A stretch of DNA of 64,000 nucleotides from Amphiscolops sp. MND2022 (lineage: Eukaryota): NCBI GenBank assembly GCA_964187785.1, contig OZ076417.1, forward strand, positions 34,162,001-34,226,000, given 5' to 3'. Below, in pieces: positions 25,064 through 37,569 of the stretch. The notes beneath the pieces are model-generated. The model ran no database searches. It had not been told where the DNA came from and saw only the letters and a list, made by a program, of their open reading frames with translations. The translations under genes were made by a program, and so were the position numbers. Numbering within the stretch: the stretch's first letter is position 1; every line of letters begins with the position of its first letter.

Positions 25064-25628
25064 GAAGACTTAATTCCCTTTTTATATAAAGGAACATTCA
25101 AGCAGTTGTAATGTAGGCTTTACAAACTGAGTTGATCAAATCTAAGAGCGGCAGATGCTACAGAGACATTTTATAAACCAGGAGCAGCTTCGGTCTAAAT
25201 TGAACATTGGGACTTGATTGCGTAGGTATGCCATGAGTTCACGTTTAAATTTTTCAGTTGGGTCAAAAACGTCAATCTCTTTTGTGGCGAGGAAGTTGGA
25301 GTAGTCACAGACTCTTTGGAAGAAGGAGTCTCTCGTGGAGAATTTGCGACATCTTTTGACTGGCAGGAGTTGTTGGTATTTGGAACTTCTGAGATCCTTG
25401 CAACGTTTGCTGAAACAAATAAAGGTGCTGAGATTTAGGTCATATTTGTTATTTATGGCCTTGTTGAGGAAGACCATGTCATTTAGGACCAAATAGAATG
25501 ATAGAGGTAGGGTATTGGACGCTGCCAGCTGCTGTGAATAATTTTGTAAACCAGTTACCCAAAAAAGACATTCTTTATTGAATAGTTTCAACTTCCGTCG
25601 GTAATTAATGGAGGGGTACGATATTGGA
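25031..25628 (-). mobile_element. 5'-truncated CR1/L2-group LINE 3' end with (TAG)n tail
   Basis: C-terminus FNLDRSCSWFIKCLCSICRS*; (cta)11 at 25031-25063; gttcca on both flanks; absent from the matching site in unit 1. Confidence 0.82.
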
Positions 25629-26778
25629 GTTCCAATTCCAATTCCCTGAAAATAATCAATTCCAATTCCAATTAGCAAATTTGTAATTGATCAAATTTTT
25701 TCAGAAAAAACGTAATTGAACTGACAACCCTGGCCCGAAGCCGAATCAAGGCTCTTTATGCAACCCGGGAACCACCGCCACCGTAAAATTGAGAAGTATC
25801 GCGAATTAATAGACAATGGGTACATTTTTCAGCCAGTGGCCTTTCAAGTACAGGGTTCTTCAGGCGAGAGCAGTGAAATTTTCATCACGCGATTCTGTAA
25901 AATGCTCTGTCGTTCGCACGACGATCAACGAGCTGGCAGCTTTTTGAAGCAACGGATTTCAATGGCTTTTCAGATCGGCAATGCGGCCTGTGTTCTAGGA
26001 ACTGTGAGCGACAGTGATGCGTTCGAAGAAATTTATTACATATAGCCTAATTTTTTGACCTTTATATCATAGCAGCTTTGAAAAAATTCTACCGGTCGAC
26101 TGCCTAGTGGCTGGTTTGAGTCGGTTGTTGGTTGTTTTCATTGTTACTGGTATAGTGGCTGGTATGTGATTCCCTATTTTCGTTGCAGACCAAGGGTGTG
26201 TGTCTTCTCCCCCCAACATGATGATACACATGGCACGTGATTGATGACGAAGATCTGATATCTGATAGAGGAAAAAAATTCGCTCAAAAATATATTTTGT
26301 CCCACGATTTCTACCGTTTCGCATATCTCGATGTCGTTAGCTGGATCTGTTGAGCTTCTAATAGGTTTTGCATGCAGGCCAATGAGGGTCCATGTTTAAC
26401 TTTCAGACTTCTCTTAGATGACATAAATTGTCATTAATCTAGTGCCGTTTAGGTCATCATGTGAGAATAAATTGCATTTTAGCGTTGCGCTGAGTTATAG
26501 TGATTTGCAAATTGATAGTTTGGCCGGTCTACTGTGATAGTGGCTGCAACGATTACAATTTCTTTGTTTTTCTTCGAATGTTTTGTCCTGTTTTCAGTCC
26601 AGCGCTGTGTTGCATAATCTCCCCTGAAATAATGACTCATTCATCCTATAATTGTGGTCTGCATGACTGCATATTTTTTTCTTGGAATCATTTTAATGAG
26701 CTTTATTCGATGTTTTTAACCTTCGAAGTTGATAACGATAAGTGTAACCGATACGAGGCTGATATATTTTAGTGTCAA

Positions 26779-27618
26779 ATGGAGGATTTAGTCGACCACC
26801 AACCAGAAGAATCCGTGAAAATGTTCATTCGAGCTCATGATGATTTGTTTCAAAAGCAACTGGTAATAGCTGGGCGTGACCTCTATGTTACTCCTGTTGA
26901 AGGCTCTGTTTGCGAATACGAGCTTGAACTTGTTCAGGCACCTGGAAGTATATCTAAATCTAACTTTCCTGAATCTCCTCTTAAACTTGGCTTCCATCCA
27001 AATCTACTGACCTATTTTGTTAGCAGGGCTTTACAGAGCATGAATGCATCTGAAAAGGCTAAGTTTTCATTTCAGTACGAGTCGGAGCTACTCCTAATTG
27101 AACTGCATTTGATTTCATTCGACGAGAAAAACGACATTTTTGAATGGACAAATGAAGATAAATTGCATTTTAGCGTAGCGCTGAAGAATTATGGCAATGA
27201 GCTCTATAAAGAGAAAAACTTTGTTTGGGCATTTCACCATTACCATCGCTCTCTTCTGTTTTTCTCAAGCGCGTCCGATGATGTCGACGAAAAAGTAAAA
27301 GACTTGAAATCTCAGTTAATAATGAATATTGCGCTCTGTCAATCTAGTGTTCGCGCAGACGAATTATCCAAGCCGATTGCCAATTTGTCTCTAGTTTTGC
27401 ACCATGAGCCTAATAACGTGAAAGCTTTGTACAGGCGCGGCAAACATTACCTTACTTTGAATGATTTTGAGCAGGCGGGAATTGATCTTGAGAAAGCGTA
27501 TGCGCTGGATCCTACGAACACAGCTGTTATGGAACAAAAGCAAATTCTGAAAAGGAAGAAACAACAGAATGACGATGTCACAGCCACTGCAATGTCACGA
27601 TTCTTTAGTTCCAGCTAA
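26779..27618 (+). CDS. FKBP-like TPR protein (degenerate FKBP domain plus TPRs; FKBPL/FKBP4-like architecture), single exon
   Basis: 279-aa ATG ORF: TP.EGSVC, SRALQSMNASEKAKF, IELHLISF, LKNYGNELYK, NIALCQ, NVKALYRRG, A..DLEKA..LDPTN. Confidence 0.85.
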   Translation: MEDLVDHQPEESVKMFIRAHDDLFQKQLVIAGRDLYVTPVEGSVCEYELELVQAPGSISKSNFPESPLKLGFHPNLLTYFVSRALQSMNASEKAKFSFQYESELLLIELHLISFDEKNDIFEWTNEDKLHFSVALKNYGNELYKEKNFVWAFHHYHRSLLFFSSASDDVDEKVKDLKSQLIMNIALCQSSVRADELSKPIANLSLVLHHEPNNVKALYRRGKHYLTLNDFEQAGIDLEKAYALDPTNTAVMEQKQILKRKKQQNDDVTATAMSRFFSSS

Positions 27619-27959
27619 ATCGCTTCAGTGAGACTAAAGTTACCTGATTCTTGATAAAGCTGAGCTGAGATGGAATGGTGATCGATGTGAATGAGATTAA
27701 TGACTCGATTCAATGATCAGGAAGCGACGGCTTAGCACATGACAGCCCATTTTCAAGAGATTGAGGAATGAAGTTGTCATGAAAGCTCCATATCGATTGT
27801 ATTTAGCTAAACCCAAGAGAACAAACTTAACGAATTTCAGTAATTTTTGACTTATTTGACGAATTGATTGAATTTTTAGTAGTTACCAAAGCCGTTGTTC
27901 AGTCTTGATCTTCCTATATTTTAAAAGTTGAAGTGCTCAGTGATTTTTTCAGAGTAATA

Positions 27960-28685
27960 ATGAAACTAGCATTGTACTACCTGACCAAACTGTTGGAAAT
28001 GAATCAAGAAATATTGCAGAAGGCACTGCCAATTGCCAAGATTTTTAATAGTAATATATCTATTCCTATGCAACGCAGAATGAGCCAGCGTTTCGCCTTA
28101 GTTATCATGCCCGCTCTGTGCATTCTGAACAGATATGACAACAGCCGTGACAATTTCTTCCGTCAAATCAACCTGCGACATCTGTTTCTTACTTACATTC
28201 TAAAATGCCACCTCAAAATTTTATCACGAAAATATTCAAATATCACTTATATTTCTCAAACATTGAAATCACTGCTGGACAATCAGTTAGTGAGCCTTTC
28301 AATTTGCTATGGAATTTTTCATGCCTCCGAATCATTGAAACACTATTCCTTAATGTGGAACAAACTTTTAGCAGTTTTGGAAACTTGTTACATGCTTGGA
28401 GTACTTGGTTATTGTGTTAAGGATTTAGTTGATCAAAGAAGCATCTCTGAATCACAGTCGGACACAATAAGTGAGGAAGATCGTTTTGGAAATAACGATT
28501 TTACTGGTGCCTCCCCGTGTCCTCTTTGCTTGAAAAACCAAAAAGTAGCAGCCTCTTGTATCCCATGTGGGCATTCTTTCTGTTGGAAATGTATTCACTC
28601 CGCTTTGAAAGTTAAACCTCAGTGTCCTATATGTCGCTTCCCTGCATCTTCATCACGTGTTGTTCAGCTGAAAAATTCACTTTAA
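27960..28685 (+). CDS. RING-HC protein with PEX10-like C-terminal RING finger
   Basis: First in-frame ATG at 27960. CPLC...CIPCGHSFCWKCI...CPICR at the C-terminus after a hydrophobic segment. N-terminus too divergent to confirm PEX10. Confidence 0.7.
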   Translation: MKLALYYLTKLLEMNQEILQKALPIAKIFNSNISIPMQRRMSQRFALVIMPALCILNRYDNSRDNFFRQINLRHLFLTYILKCHLKILSRKYSNITYISQTLKSLLDNQLVSLSICYGIFHASESLKHYSLMWNKLLAVLETCYMLGVLGYCVKDLVDQRSISESQSDTISEEDRFGNNDFTGASPCPLCLKNQKVAASCIPCGHSFCWKCIHSALKVKPQCPICRFPASSSRVVQLKNSL

Positions 28686-29108
28686 TTCAATTTCCTGATT
28701 TGTTGTGAATGCTATTATCATCAATACTTTTAATCAAACGTGCATACTTCCAACAGTGAATGACTTTCAGATGCAACTATGACTAATTACGGATTACCTG
28801 CACACCATGTTGGTAAGTTCTCTTGGGATTCTTGAATTCGCAATTATCGGAATAGGAGTTAATAATTTACGGTACCAATTGTATAGTGACTCTACCCAAG
28901 ACATCATGCAATTTATATTTACCCGTGTAGTACCCGTAGTATTGACTCGTTGGTTGTACTTGAGCGAGTGATGATCAATTTGCTGAAGTATTGTGGTATA
29001 AAAATGCCAAAATTGGTCATGTCTTTTCACCCAAAGCACATATGGTAAAGTTTAGGTATCTTGTAAGGGCGAAGTTGTGTTCCTTCATCCATTGTGAGTG
29101 GTATTGGC

Positions 29109-32100
29109 ATGGTTTTAGTGAAGTGTGCACACGGAACTGTGATGCCGAAGCTGATCTATGGCACTGCGTGGAAGAAAGATGACACAACGAGGCTGGTGGA
29201 GCTGGCTCTCTCCAGGGGCTTCAGAGGCATCGACACCGCCTGTCAGCCCAAACACTACCAAGAAGAACTAGTGGGCAAAGCTATTCAAAACTACATGAAA
29301 GCTGGTTAGTAGCACCCTGCAGTTTCTTCCAAACAATTCAACCGTTTTGAAACGAAGTGCTGATGAAAGTTTCAAATTTTCCTCCTGTAGTCGGCGCTTT
29401 TGAAGAAATGTACCGAATCTTACTGTGGGTAATTAATAGAAAACAATCAGTGGTGAAAACGTCTTCGGCAATTAATGTCATCATCAGTTCTGAAAAATAT
29501 ATGAAAACTATGAGTGTATGTCATGAAAACAAAATGCAAACATGACTAGATACCCGAGCGTGCTCATGGAGTCGTGTTGTAAGGTGGCGGGTTGTCTGCC
29601 CGACGTAGCTGGAATTGCATCCAGGACATTTAATCTGGTATACAACACGGCTCATAAGGGTTTTCGGAATGTTTGATTTCAGCGAAGGCAATGCTGTCTT
29701 CATTTTCCTCATTGTGAATATGACTGGAATTTCAGCCAATTGAGTTTTTTAGCCAGTTGGTCGCTTGTTTCTCCCCTGTACTGTAGGATGAGCGGGAGGA
29801 TTTTACTCGCAGTGTGGTCTTTGTTGCTGACCACAAGACCAAATTGGACTTCCCTTTTAGCTCACCACTCAATAGCGACTGCGGGTACTTTTTAGGAATC
29901 GGAAAAAATTTCGACTACTTATGCAATCTTACCTTTTTGCTCCCCACTTTTAATGAAAATTTCATATTCCTCAAAAACTGTCCGAACGAATTTCATGAAA
30001 TTTTGCACAGTCAATCTACACTCAAAGGGGCTTGTGCGTGCGCAATGGCATCAAAATCGTATGACTGGGTGTGTGGGGGAATCCCCGAAAAAACACCCCG
30101 AGGGCTACTAACAGCTACTGTTTTTCATTTCTGTATAACCTCGACAGTGATTTCGTCCCCAAATGAGGACATCGATTTTTTTCGCAATCAATAATTACGA
30201 CACGCAAAAAGCATAGAGGAAAACTAAAAATTGTCTTTTTTTATCGACAATCGATTGGACTATCTGGTATGAAATGTTTGTGTCAATATAGATTTTTTTC
30301 CGAGCCACTGGCAAAAAAGTAACTGAAAAAAGGTGAAAAATTGCAAAAAATGTTTCAGAAAATTCGTTTTTTCGCAGTTACTGAGTAACTGTTTGCTAAG
30401 TTACTGTCCCACTCTAGTAACACAGTTTGCCACCATTGAAAACACATATAGAAGATTTTTTTTCAATGGAGCTTCAGTTATGAGTTCAACCGATATTTGA
30501 GAGGCCCGGCGCCGCCGGGGTGGCGCTCTCACCCCAACGAGTGGCGCCAACTCGCGACCTATTGTGCATTTGAAAGCTTAGGTAAAGGGCTTTAAGGAAC
30601 AGAAAACCGATTGGAGCTGCGGCTATTATTTGTGGAGAAATGATGCTTTGAAAAATTTTTGTCAATTTTTCGACTTCTGGGTGTACTGTCGAGGTTAAGT
30701 TTGAGTAGGATTAGACAAGGAAGTTCCTAATAACCAGTGTAGTAATATTCAAAATAGCCTTCTGTGGCGGAAAAGTCACTGCTCATTAATTTTTAAAAAG
30801 GTATCGGAAGGACAGTAAACAAGGACCGCAAATGAAACTACAATAGCTTGTTTGTGCCCATAGTGCAGAGGGGGCGTGCCGGTAAAGATCATTGAAAAAA
30901 AATAGCAAAAGATCTAGTGTCAAAAGGCTGCAAGCTGCAGAGCCTCTTTACAGTGTCGTCACAGTGTCAGTAACGGTCCCATAAAAGCAAATTCTGAAAA
31001 AATCGGCAAAGTGAAGGTTGATTTATAAAATAGGTCAGTATATCTCAATTTTATTGAACGTCCAGAGAAAAAAGTGTTGATTCTATGATTAGTCGCACCC
31101 GAAGAATTGTCAAGTTCATGACAGCCTTGCCTTGTGGACAACAGCGCTAATCGATGATTCCTTGGCGGGTTGACTGTGCGTCGACCTACAGCCCCTTAGA
31201 CAGCGCATATAGCTGCCGAGTAGGGCGAAACCTATTTTAATTCGGATATAGCTAATGACTTCAGAGTAGCTTTCATTACCTTTTTCGTTGACTTTTGACG
31301 CAAGTCTGGTTATGACTTTCGTGGCTGATGGTCAAGCTCCACCAGTGCAGGCAAATACCAGCGGGTTGAGAGTGCTCTTTCCAACGTTGATAATTCGCGA
31401 CTCATATTTGAGCGTTTTCTGTGTTTTGTGGAACTTGTATGCCTCGTTGATATCTTTCGGGCATGATTTTGCTAGTGGGTTAAAAAATTTCACGTCGAAG
31501 AAGGCAAAAACATGAATCCCAGAGTCCATTGGTTTTAATTTCTAGTCCTGCTTCGTGTTCTGTTGTCGTGGTTTCATGAACGAAGGACTCGCCTTCTAAT
31601 GACAAGCGTCGGCTCGATTTCGACTGACCTCCTTCATGATGGCAGCGAAGGTGTCTCGAAATTCATCATGTTGCATTTGTGTATAACCGGCCTTGTTGCA
31701 TTGGAGGGAATGCGACAGGTTACAAGGGTCTCCGCACCGACATATTGAGGGTATTTTGAGTGGTTCCCAACCATAGCGCAAAACTAAACCGTCTCGGAAA
31801 TCGGATTTTGTCAAGTAAGAATAGCGGTTCAGCGGCAATATCTAAAGCGTAGCTTTGGTTTTCGTCAAGTCTATCCTTCAAAAAGTTATTTTCTTTTTTT
31901 TTGGGGGGTGTTCTCATTTCGAATCTGTTTTATTACAACGTGTTTTGCTGCATTTACGCGACCACATCATCACTTTCTAGACTTGTTGAGATGTCTCTAG
32001 ACCAGTTGATTTTTTGCAGTCGGTCTTCAGGTAGACTTATGTTTAGCCCTCCGTCCCTAACCGGTGAAGAAAAGGAAAGCGTTCGTCTTCGGAAACTTCT

Positions 32101-35100
32101 TGCTTGCCTGTCAAAGCCGGTATCAATTTGTTCCTAATGTTTCGTTGTTTCTTGAAGATTCTCTAAGATTGCGGGCTTAGTGCGAGATAGGAATGTTAAT
32201 TTGTTCTCAATCAGTGGAACAGTGATACGCTTTTTGCGGGGAAGTTTTAGCGTATTTTGATAGCTTTTCCACAACTCGTTTTGCTTCACGTTCTCTCAAT
32301 GCTGTAGTTATTGATTTTCCTTGTTCCGCAGCGCTAGATCCCGGTTCAGGCTTTTAAAAGCGTTCTTCTGGTTTCTCCAACTGGTTTCGGAGACTTCCTT
32401 TTGCGTTTTCGGTTCCACGTTTTCGACCTAGGTTTGTACCAAAGAGCTTAAGGTAAATCTGTATGTATCGGAGTATACTTCAACCTATGATACCTCTGGA
32501 ATTTCTCCAACATCGATTGGACTTACGCCTGGTTTATTGTCTAGTGGAATCGCGTTGTAAGGCTCTAGAAATTCACGGTCCATTTCTTCAGTGACGATTC
32601 TCACTGCGATGTGCGCGACTGGGCGACAGTGATGTCGACGATCGGTTGAAATTGGAAAGCCAGGGTTGGCGTCTACGCCAAAGGGTCCATTGCTTCCGTA
32701 CGTCTTCATCGCTACTAATGACCCTGCCTTGAATTTTGTCGGAAATCTTATGGTTGTAGGGTGTGACGTTCGGGGGGTTTTCCACTATATAACGGTCATC
32801 GCATCGCATGACAGGGGAATCTTTATCTTTTAGTATATCGGACAGATTTGTTATTGATTCTCTGCCAGTGAAAGAACGCCTTCTTTCTCACAGTCGTTGA
32901 TACATCTCAATGTATTCGAGATCTTTCCCGCGGACAAATTTGCATCAAATTCTTTGAGTTCATCCTTCTATTCGACTTCGGTTTTGTTGACCTTTTTTGT
33001 AATGCTTCTGCCTCGTGAAAGAATTCTTCGATATCACCTGTCAGCTACATTCTGAGTCTTCTCGTGGTTACTTTGTTTCGGGATGTGTTAGGCTCACTGC
33101 TGGTTGTCGCGAAACCTATTTTAATTCGGATATAGCTAATGACTTCAGAGTAGCTTTCATTACCTTTTTCGTTGACTTTTGACGCAAGTCTGGTTATGAC
33201 TTTCGTGGCTGATGGTCAAGCTCCACCAGTGCAGGCAAATACCAGCGGGTTGAGAGTGCTCTTTTCAACGTTGATAATTCGCGACTCATATTTGAGCGTT
33301 TTCTGTGTTTTGTGGAACTTGTATGCCTCGTTGATATCTTTCGGGCATGATTTTGCTAGTGGGTTAAAAAATTTCACGTCGAAGAAGGCAAAAACATGAA
33401 TCCCAGAGTCCATTGGTTTTAATTTCTAGTCCTGCTTCGTGTTCTGTTGTCGTGGTTTCATGAACGAAGGACTCGCCTTCTAATGACAAGCGTCGGCTCG
33501 ATTTCGACTGACCTCCTTCATGATGGCAGCGAAGGTGTCTCGAAATTCATCATGTTGCATTTGTGTATAACCGGCCTTGTTGCATTGGAGGGAATGCGAC
33601 AGGTTACAAGGGTCTCCGCACCGACATATTGAGGGTATTTTGAGTGGTTCCCAACCATAGCGCAAAACTAAACCGTCTCGGAAATCGGATTTTGTCAAGT
33701 GAGAATAGCGTTTCAGCGGCAATATCTAAAGCGTAGCTTTGGTTTTCGTCAAGTCTATCCTTCAAAATGTTATTTTCTTTTTTTTTTGGGGGGGGGGGTG
33801 TTCTCATATCGAATCTGTTTCATTACGTGTTTTGCTGCACTTACGCGACCACATCATCACTTTCTAGACTTGTTGAGATGTCTCTAGACCAGTTGATTTT
33901 TTGCAGTCGGTCTTCAGGTAGACTTATGTTTAGCCCTCCGTCCCTAACCGGTGAAGAAAAGGAAAGCGTTCGTCTTCGGAAACTTCTTGCTTGCCTGTCA
34001 AAGCCGGTATCAATTTGTTCCTAATGTTTCGTTGTTTCTTGAAGATTCTCTAAGATTGCGGGCTTAGTGCGAGATAGGAATGTTAATTTGTTCTCAATCA
34101 GTGGAACAGTGATACGCTTTTTGCGGGGAAGTTTTAGCGTGTTTTGATAGCTTTTCCACAACTCGTTTTGCTTCACGTTCTCTCAATGCTGTAGTTATTG
34201 ATTTTCCTTGTTCCGCAGCGCTAGATCCCGGTTCAGGCTTTTGAAAGCGTTCTTCTGGTTTCTCCAACTGGTTTCGGAGACTTCGTTTTGCGTTTTCGGT
34301 TCCACGTTTTCGACCTAGGTTTGTACCAAAGAGCTTAAGGTAAATCTGTATGTATCGGAGTATACTTCAACCTATGATACCTCTGGAACTTCTCCAACAT
34401 CGATTGGACTTACGCCTGGTTTATTGTCTAGTGGAATCGCGTTGTAAGGCTCTAGAAATTCACGGTCCATTTCTTCAGTGACGATTCTCACTGCGATGTG
34501 CGCGACTGGGCGACAGTGATGTCGACGATCGGTTGAAATTGGAAAGCCAGGGTTGGCGTCTACGCCAAAGGGTCCATTGCTTCCGTACGTCTTCATCGCG
34601 GCACTACTAATGACCCTGCCTTGAATTTTGTCGGAAATCTTATGGTTGTAGGGTGTGACGTTCGGGGGTTTTTCCACGATATAACGGTCATCGCATCGCA
34701 TGACAGGGGAATCTTTATCTTTTAATATATCGGACAGATTTGTTATTGATTCTCTGCCAGTGAAAGAACGCCTTCTTTCTCACAGTCGTTGATACATCTC
34801 AATGTATTCGAGATCTTTCCCGCGGACAAATTTGCATCAAATTCTTTGAGTTCATCCTTCTATTCGACTTCGGTTTTGTTGACCTTTTTTGTAATGCTTC
34901 TGCCTCGTGAAATAATTCTTCGATATCACCTGTCAGCTACATTCTGAGTCTTCTCGTGGTTACTTTGTTTCGGGATGTGTTAGGCTCACTGCTGGTTGTC
35001 GCTATAATTAGGTGGGGTAAAAGCATTGCAGCATAGAGAGCTATGTTCGCTTTGCTATTCTTTGCAAATGGTGTCAAAAGGCAGTTCATTGTTTCGAAAA

Positions 35101-37569
35101 ACTTGTCCTGTTTTAGTTTTGGGTAAGGTGACAAACTGCGGTTTCCAATGGACTACTTGGGTGTAAAAATAACGAATTTGGGACTTTCTCCGGGGTGGTT
35201 TGTCCAGAAGTATCAGCAGTTGGCATTCCATCTAGTTGGCTTCTAAGGAGTTTTTGATCCCCGGGAGTGATCCCGATGTCGGGTTTCGGTTCGTTGGTTT
35301 GGTCCGGTGTGAACGTATCCGCATACGGCGCATCACACTCCTCGATTTCGTAGGTGGGTATGGCAAATGCTAGTGTGTTTTTTAATTTGTTGACTTTTCG
35401 GAGGGAGAGCTTTTGTCAATTCTTTTCGGGGACTACATGAGAAAAAATTTATATGAAACTGTACAAACTTTCAGTGAAGAAAAAGTTCCCAAATCTGGAG
35501 AAATGAATGCCGTCCCTGCTTAAAGTTTTGTGATCAAAATCACGGTTGAGTTGGGGAGAGACTATCGGGAGATTCAATGATCTCAGTAAGTTATATAAAG
35601 AAAATTCTATTTGTTTATTTTCCTGTTGAATAAATGATTATTGAGGTCGAAATGGTCTTGGATTAATTAATTGTGAGGGGCAAAACATCAAGTCCACTAT
35701 TTGAATTAAAAACTTCCAATGATATACAAAAGAATTTACTGCTTCGCGATGATCATTGAAGCAGGCTTCAAGGAAAAGTGTGTTGATTTTCGGGTTCGGA
35801 TATCGCTCGACTGTTACAGAGCTCGAGAAGGGTTGCATCTCGGTATGAATGAACAGCCGCACCGACTTCTTTTGATCTAATGTATCTAGTTGTGGAGGTG
35901 CCGATTACAAGATTGGTCGCTCGCTTGCTCAACTGGCTGGGTTGAAATTGGGACATCCTGAAACAGAAGCGGAGTATTATCGGAAGATCATTTGGTTTTA
36001 TAAAAAAAGTTCTTGAAAAATAAAAAAATTGGGTTCAAAAATTTTCGATCTCAGGTGGGAATGTGGTTTAAGAGAAAATAGGACTGAAAGAACCTTGTAT
36101 TGGAGGGGTTGTGTCGGTTGTTGATACTCCTTCCTTGTGCCTCGCCGCACCACTGGGTGAACTGAAAGCTCACGAGCTTTAATCGTCTATTGAGGCAGTA
36201 CTAGCATACAATGCCGGCCACTGAAAACCCTATGTAGAATTAAGGTTACCCAATCCAGAATGTCCGGGCTTACATATCACATCTATTTAAGACGTTTATC
36301 ACTACAATTAGGCTAAAAGCTCTTTGACAGAAAAGGTGATGAAGCATTTCATGCACAATCATTTCATTTCAAGTTGAAAAGTGTTTGAAATTCTCCCATT
36401 TTCATCAATTTTCAAAAATGAACATATACTTTTCAGGAAAATTGAAGCGTGAAGATTTATTTGTCCAGACAAAATTCACATCGTTGAACGGACAGGATCC
36501 AAACAGAATTCCTTACGACCGTAAAGCACCCTTGGATAAACAGGTGCAACAGTCCCTTGCCAAGTCTTTGGAGAATCTAGGCGTCTCTTACTTGGATTCC
36601 TTAGTACTACACGGACCTCTTCGGACCCATGAAGAAAATATGAAAGTGTGGAGAGAGTTCGAGACAGCCCATGGCAACAGCGTGACAAAACAAATAGGTA
36701 ATAAATCTTACTTTTAAGTAGGTTTTTTGGATTCGCTGTCTGAAAAGTTTTATCGTAATAGTTTCTTTTGCTGGTATATAAATTGTGCATCTGAAGTGAA
36801 TGAAGTCCCGAACTCGATTTTAAACTCGGCGTCTTCAATAACCTATTTTTATAGTGAAGTTTCAGTTTTCATCAGTTTTTTCACCAATGCAGTATTTTAG
36901 GTGTGAGCAACTTCTACGACTTGAAAATGCTTCAAGCTCTTTTCAAAGATGCCAAGATCAAACCGGCTGTTGTGCAGAATCGATTCTACCCTGAGACTAA
37001 TTGGGACAAAGAATTGCGAGCGTGGTGCTCCGAGAACGGGATTTACTATCAGTCTTTTTGGACATTGACCGGAAATCCCCAGTACTTGAGTCATCCTTCA
37101 ATTACCAATGCTGCTGCAAAGTTGGAATGTACTTCGGCACAGGTGCGAAGCAATGGAGCAATAATTGCTCGAGTAATTTCTCCGCGAAAAAATCTTTTCA
37201 GTGATTGCTCCTAATGTTTTACGGAAACCAAAAAAGTTTGTGGCATGAAAGTCCGCTCAAAATTTAAGAGATGATAAAATTTGAAGACTCTTGTAAGATA
37301 CTGTAGGAGAGTCACCTCTAGATCATGAACTGATTTACTTTGTATTCCAGCGTAAGATGAGTCCCGATTTTATTGTTCGAAGTGTTCAGAGGTGCATCTA
37401 TTCGACTGTGTTGTTGCTTCAGGTTTTCTTTCGATTTGTGATGGATCTCGGAATATGTCCTCTAACTGGAACGAAAAACCCAACTCACATGGACCAGGAC
37501 TTGAAAGTTCTTGACATGAAGTTACCCAAAGAAGATTTTGAAAATATTCGCAAAGTAGCTCACCTTTGA
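29109..37569 (+). CDS. Aldo-keto reductase, 4 exons: 29109-29304, 36437-36697, 36901-37142, 37423-37569
   Basis: GT-AG junctions with matching phases (1,1,0) give MPKLIYGTAWKK...GFRGIDTACQPKHY...REDLFVQTKF...YLDSLVLHGP...IGVSNFY...VQNRFY...QSFWTLTGNP...PLTGTKN..HMDQDL. Confidence 0.92.
29521..29739 (-). mobile_element. Penelope-like GIY-YIG endonuclease fragment in AKR intron 1
   Basis: SRVVYQIKCPGCNSSYVGQTTRHLTTRLHEH. Confidence 0.8.
31225..35430 (-). mobile_element. Third CRE-like family, decayed and internally deleted, with a 1884-bp tandem duplication (31225-33108 / 33109-35002)
   Basis: PLDNKPGVSPIDVGE, FRDGLVLRYGW...CRCG...HSLQC..G...HDEFRD, FFDVKFFNP, PLVFACTGG. RT core (QGDP/YxDD) not seen. 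Confidence 0.85.
35638..35960 (-). pseudogene. Degenerate SGNH-esterase-like fragment (LINE ORF1 type)
   Basis: LVIGTSTTRYI...VHSYRDATLLEL, then after a frameshift TLFLEACFND, resembling the IGDS / V.S.PGAT / LHVGTND blocks. Confidence 0.45.

Larger units (their letters stand above)
20834..26804 (+). repeat. Tandem duplication: unit 1 20834-23521, unit 2 23522-26804
   Basis: Near-identical units with scattered SNPs. Unit 2 carries an extra ~600-bp CR1 insertion. Confidence 0.95.
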
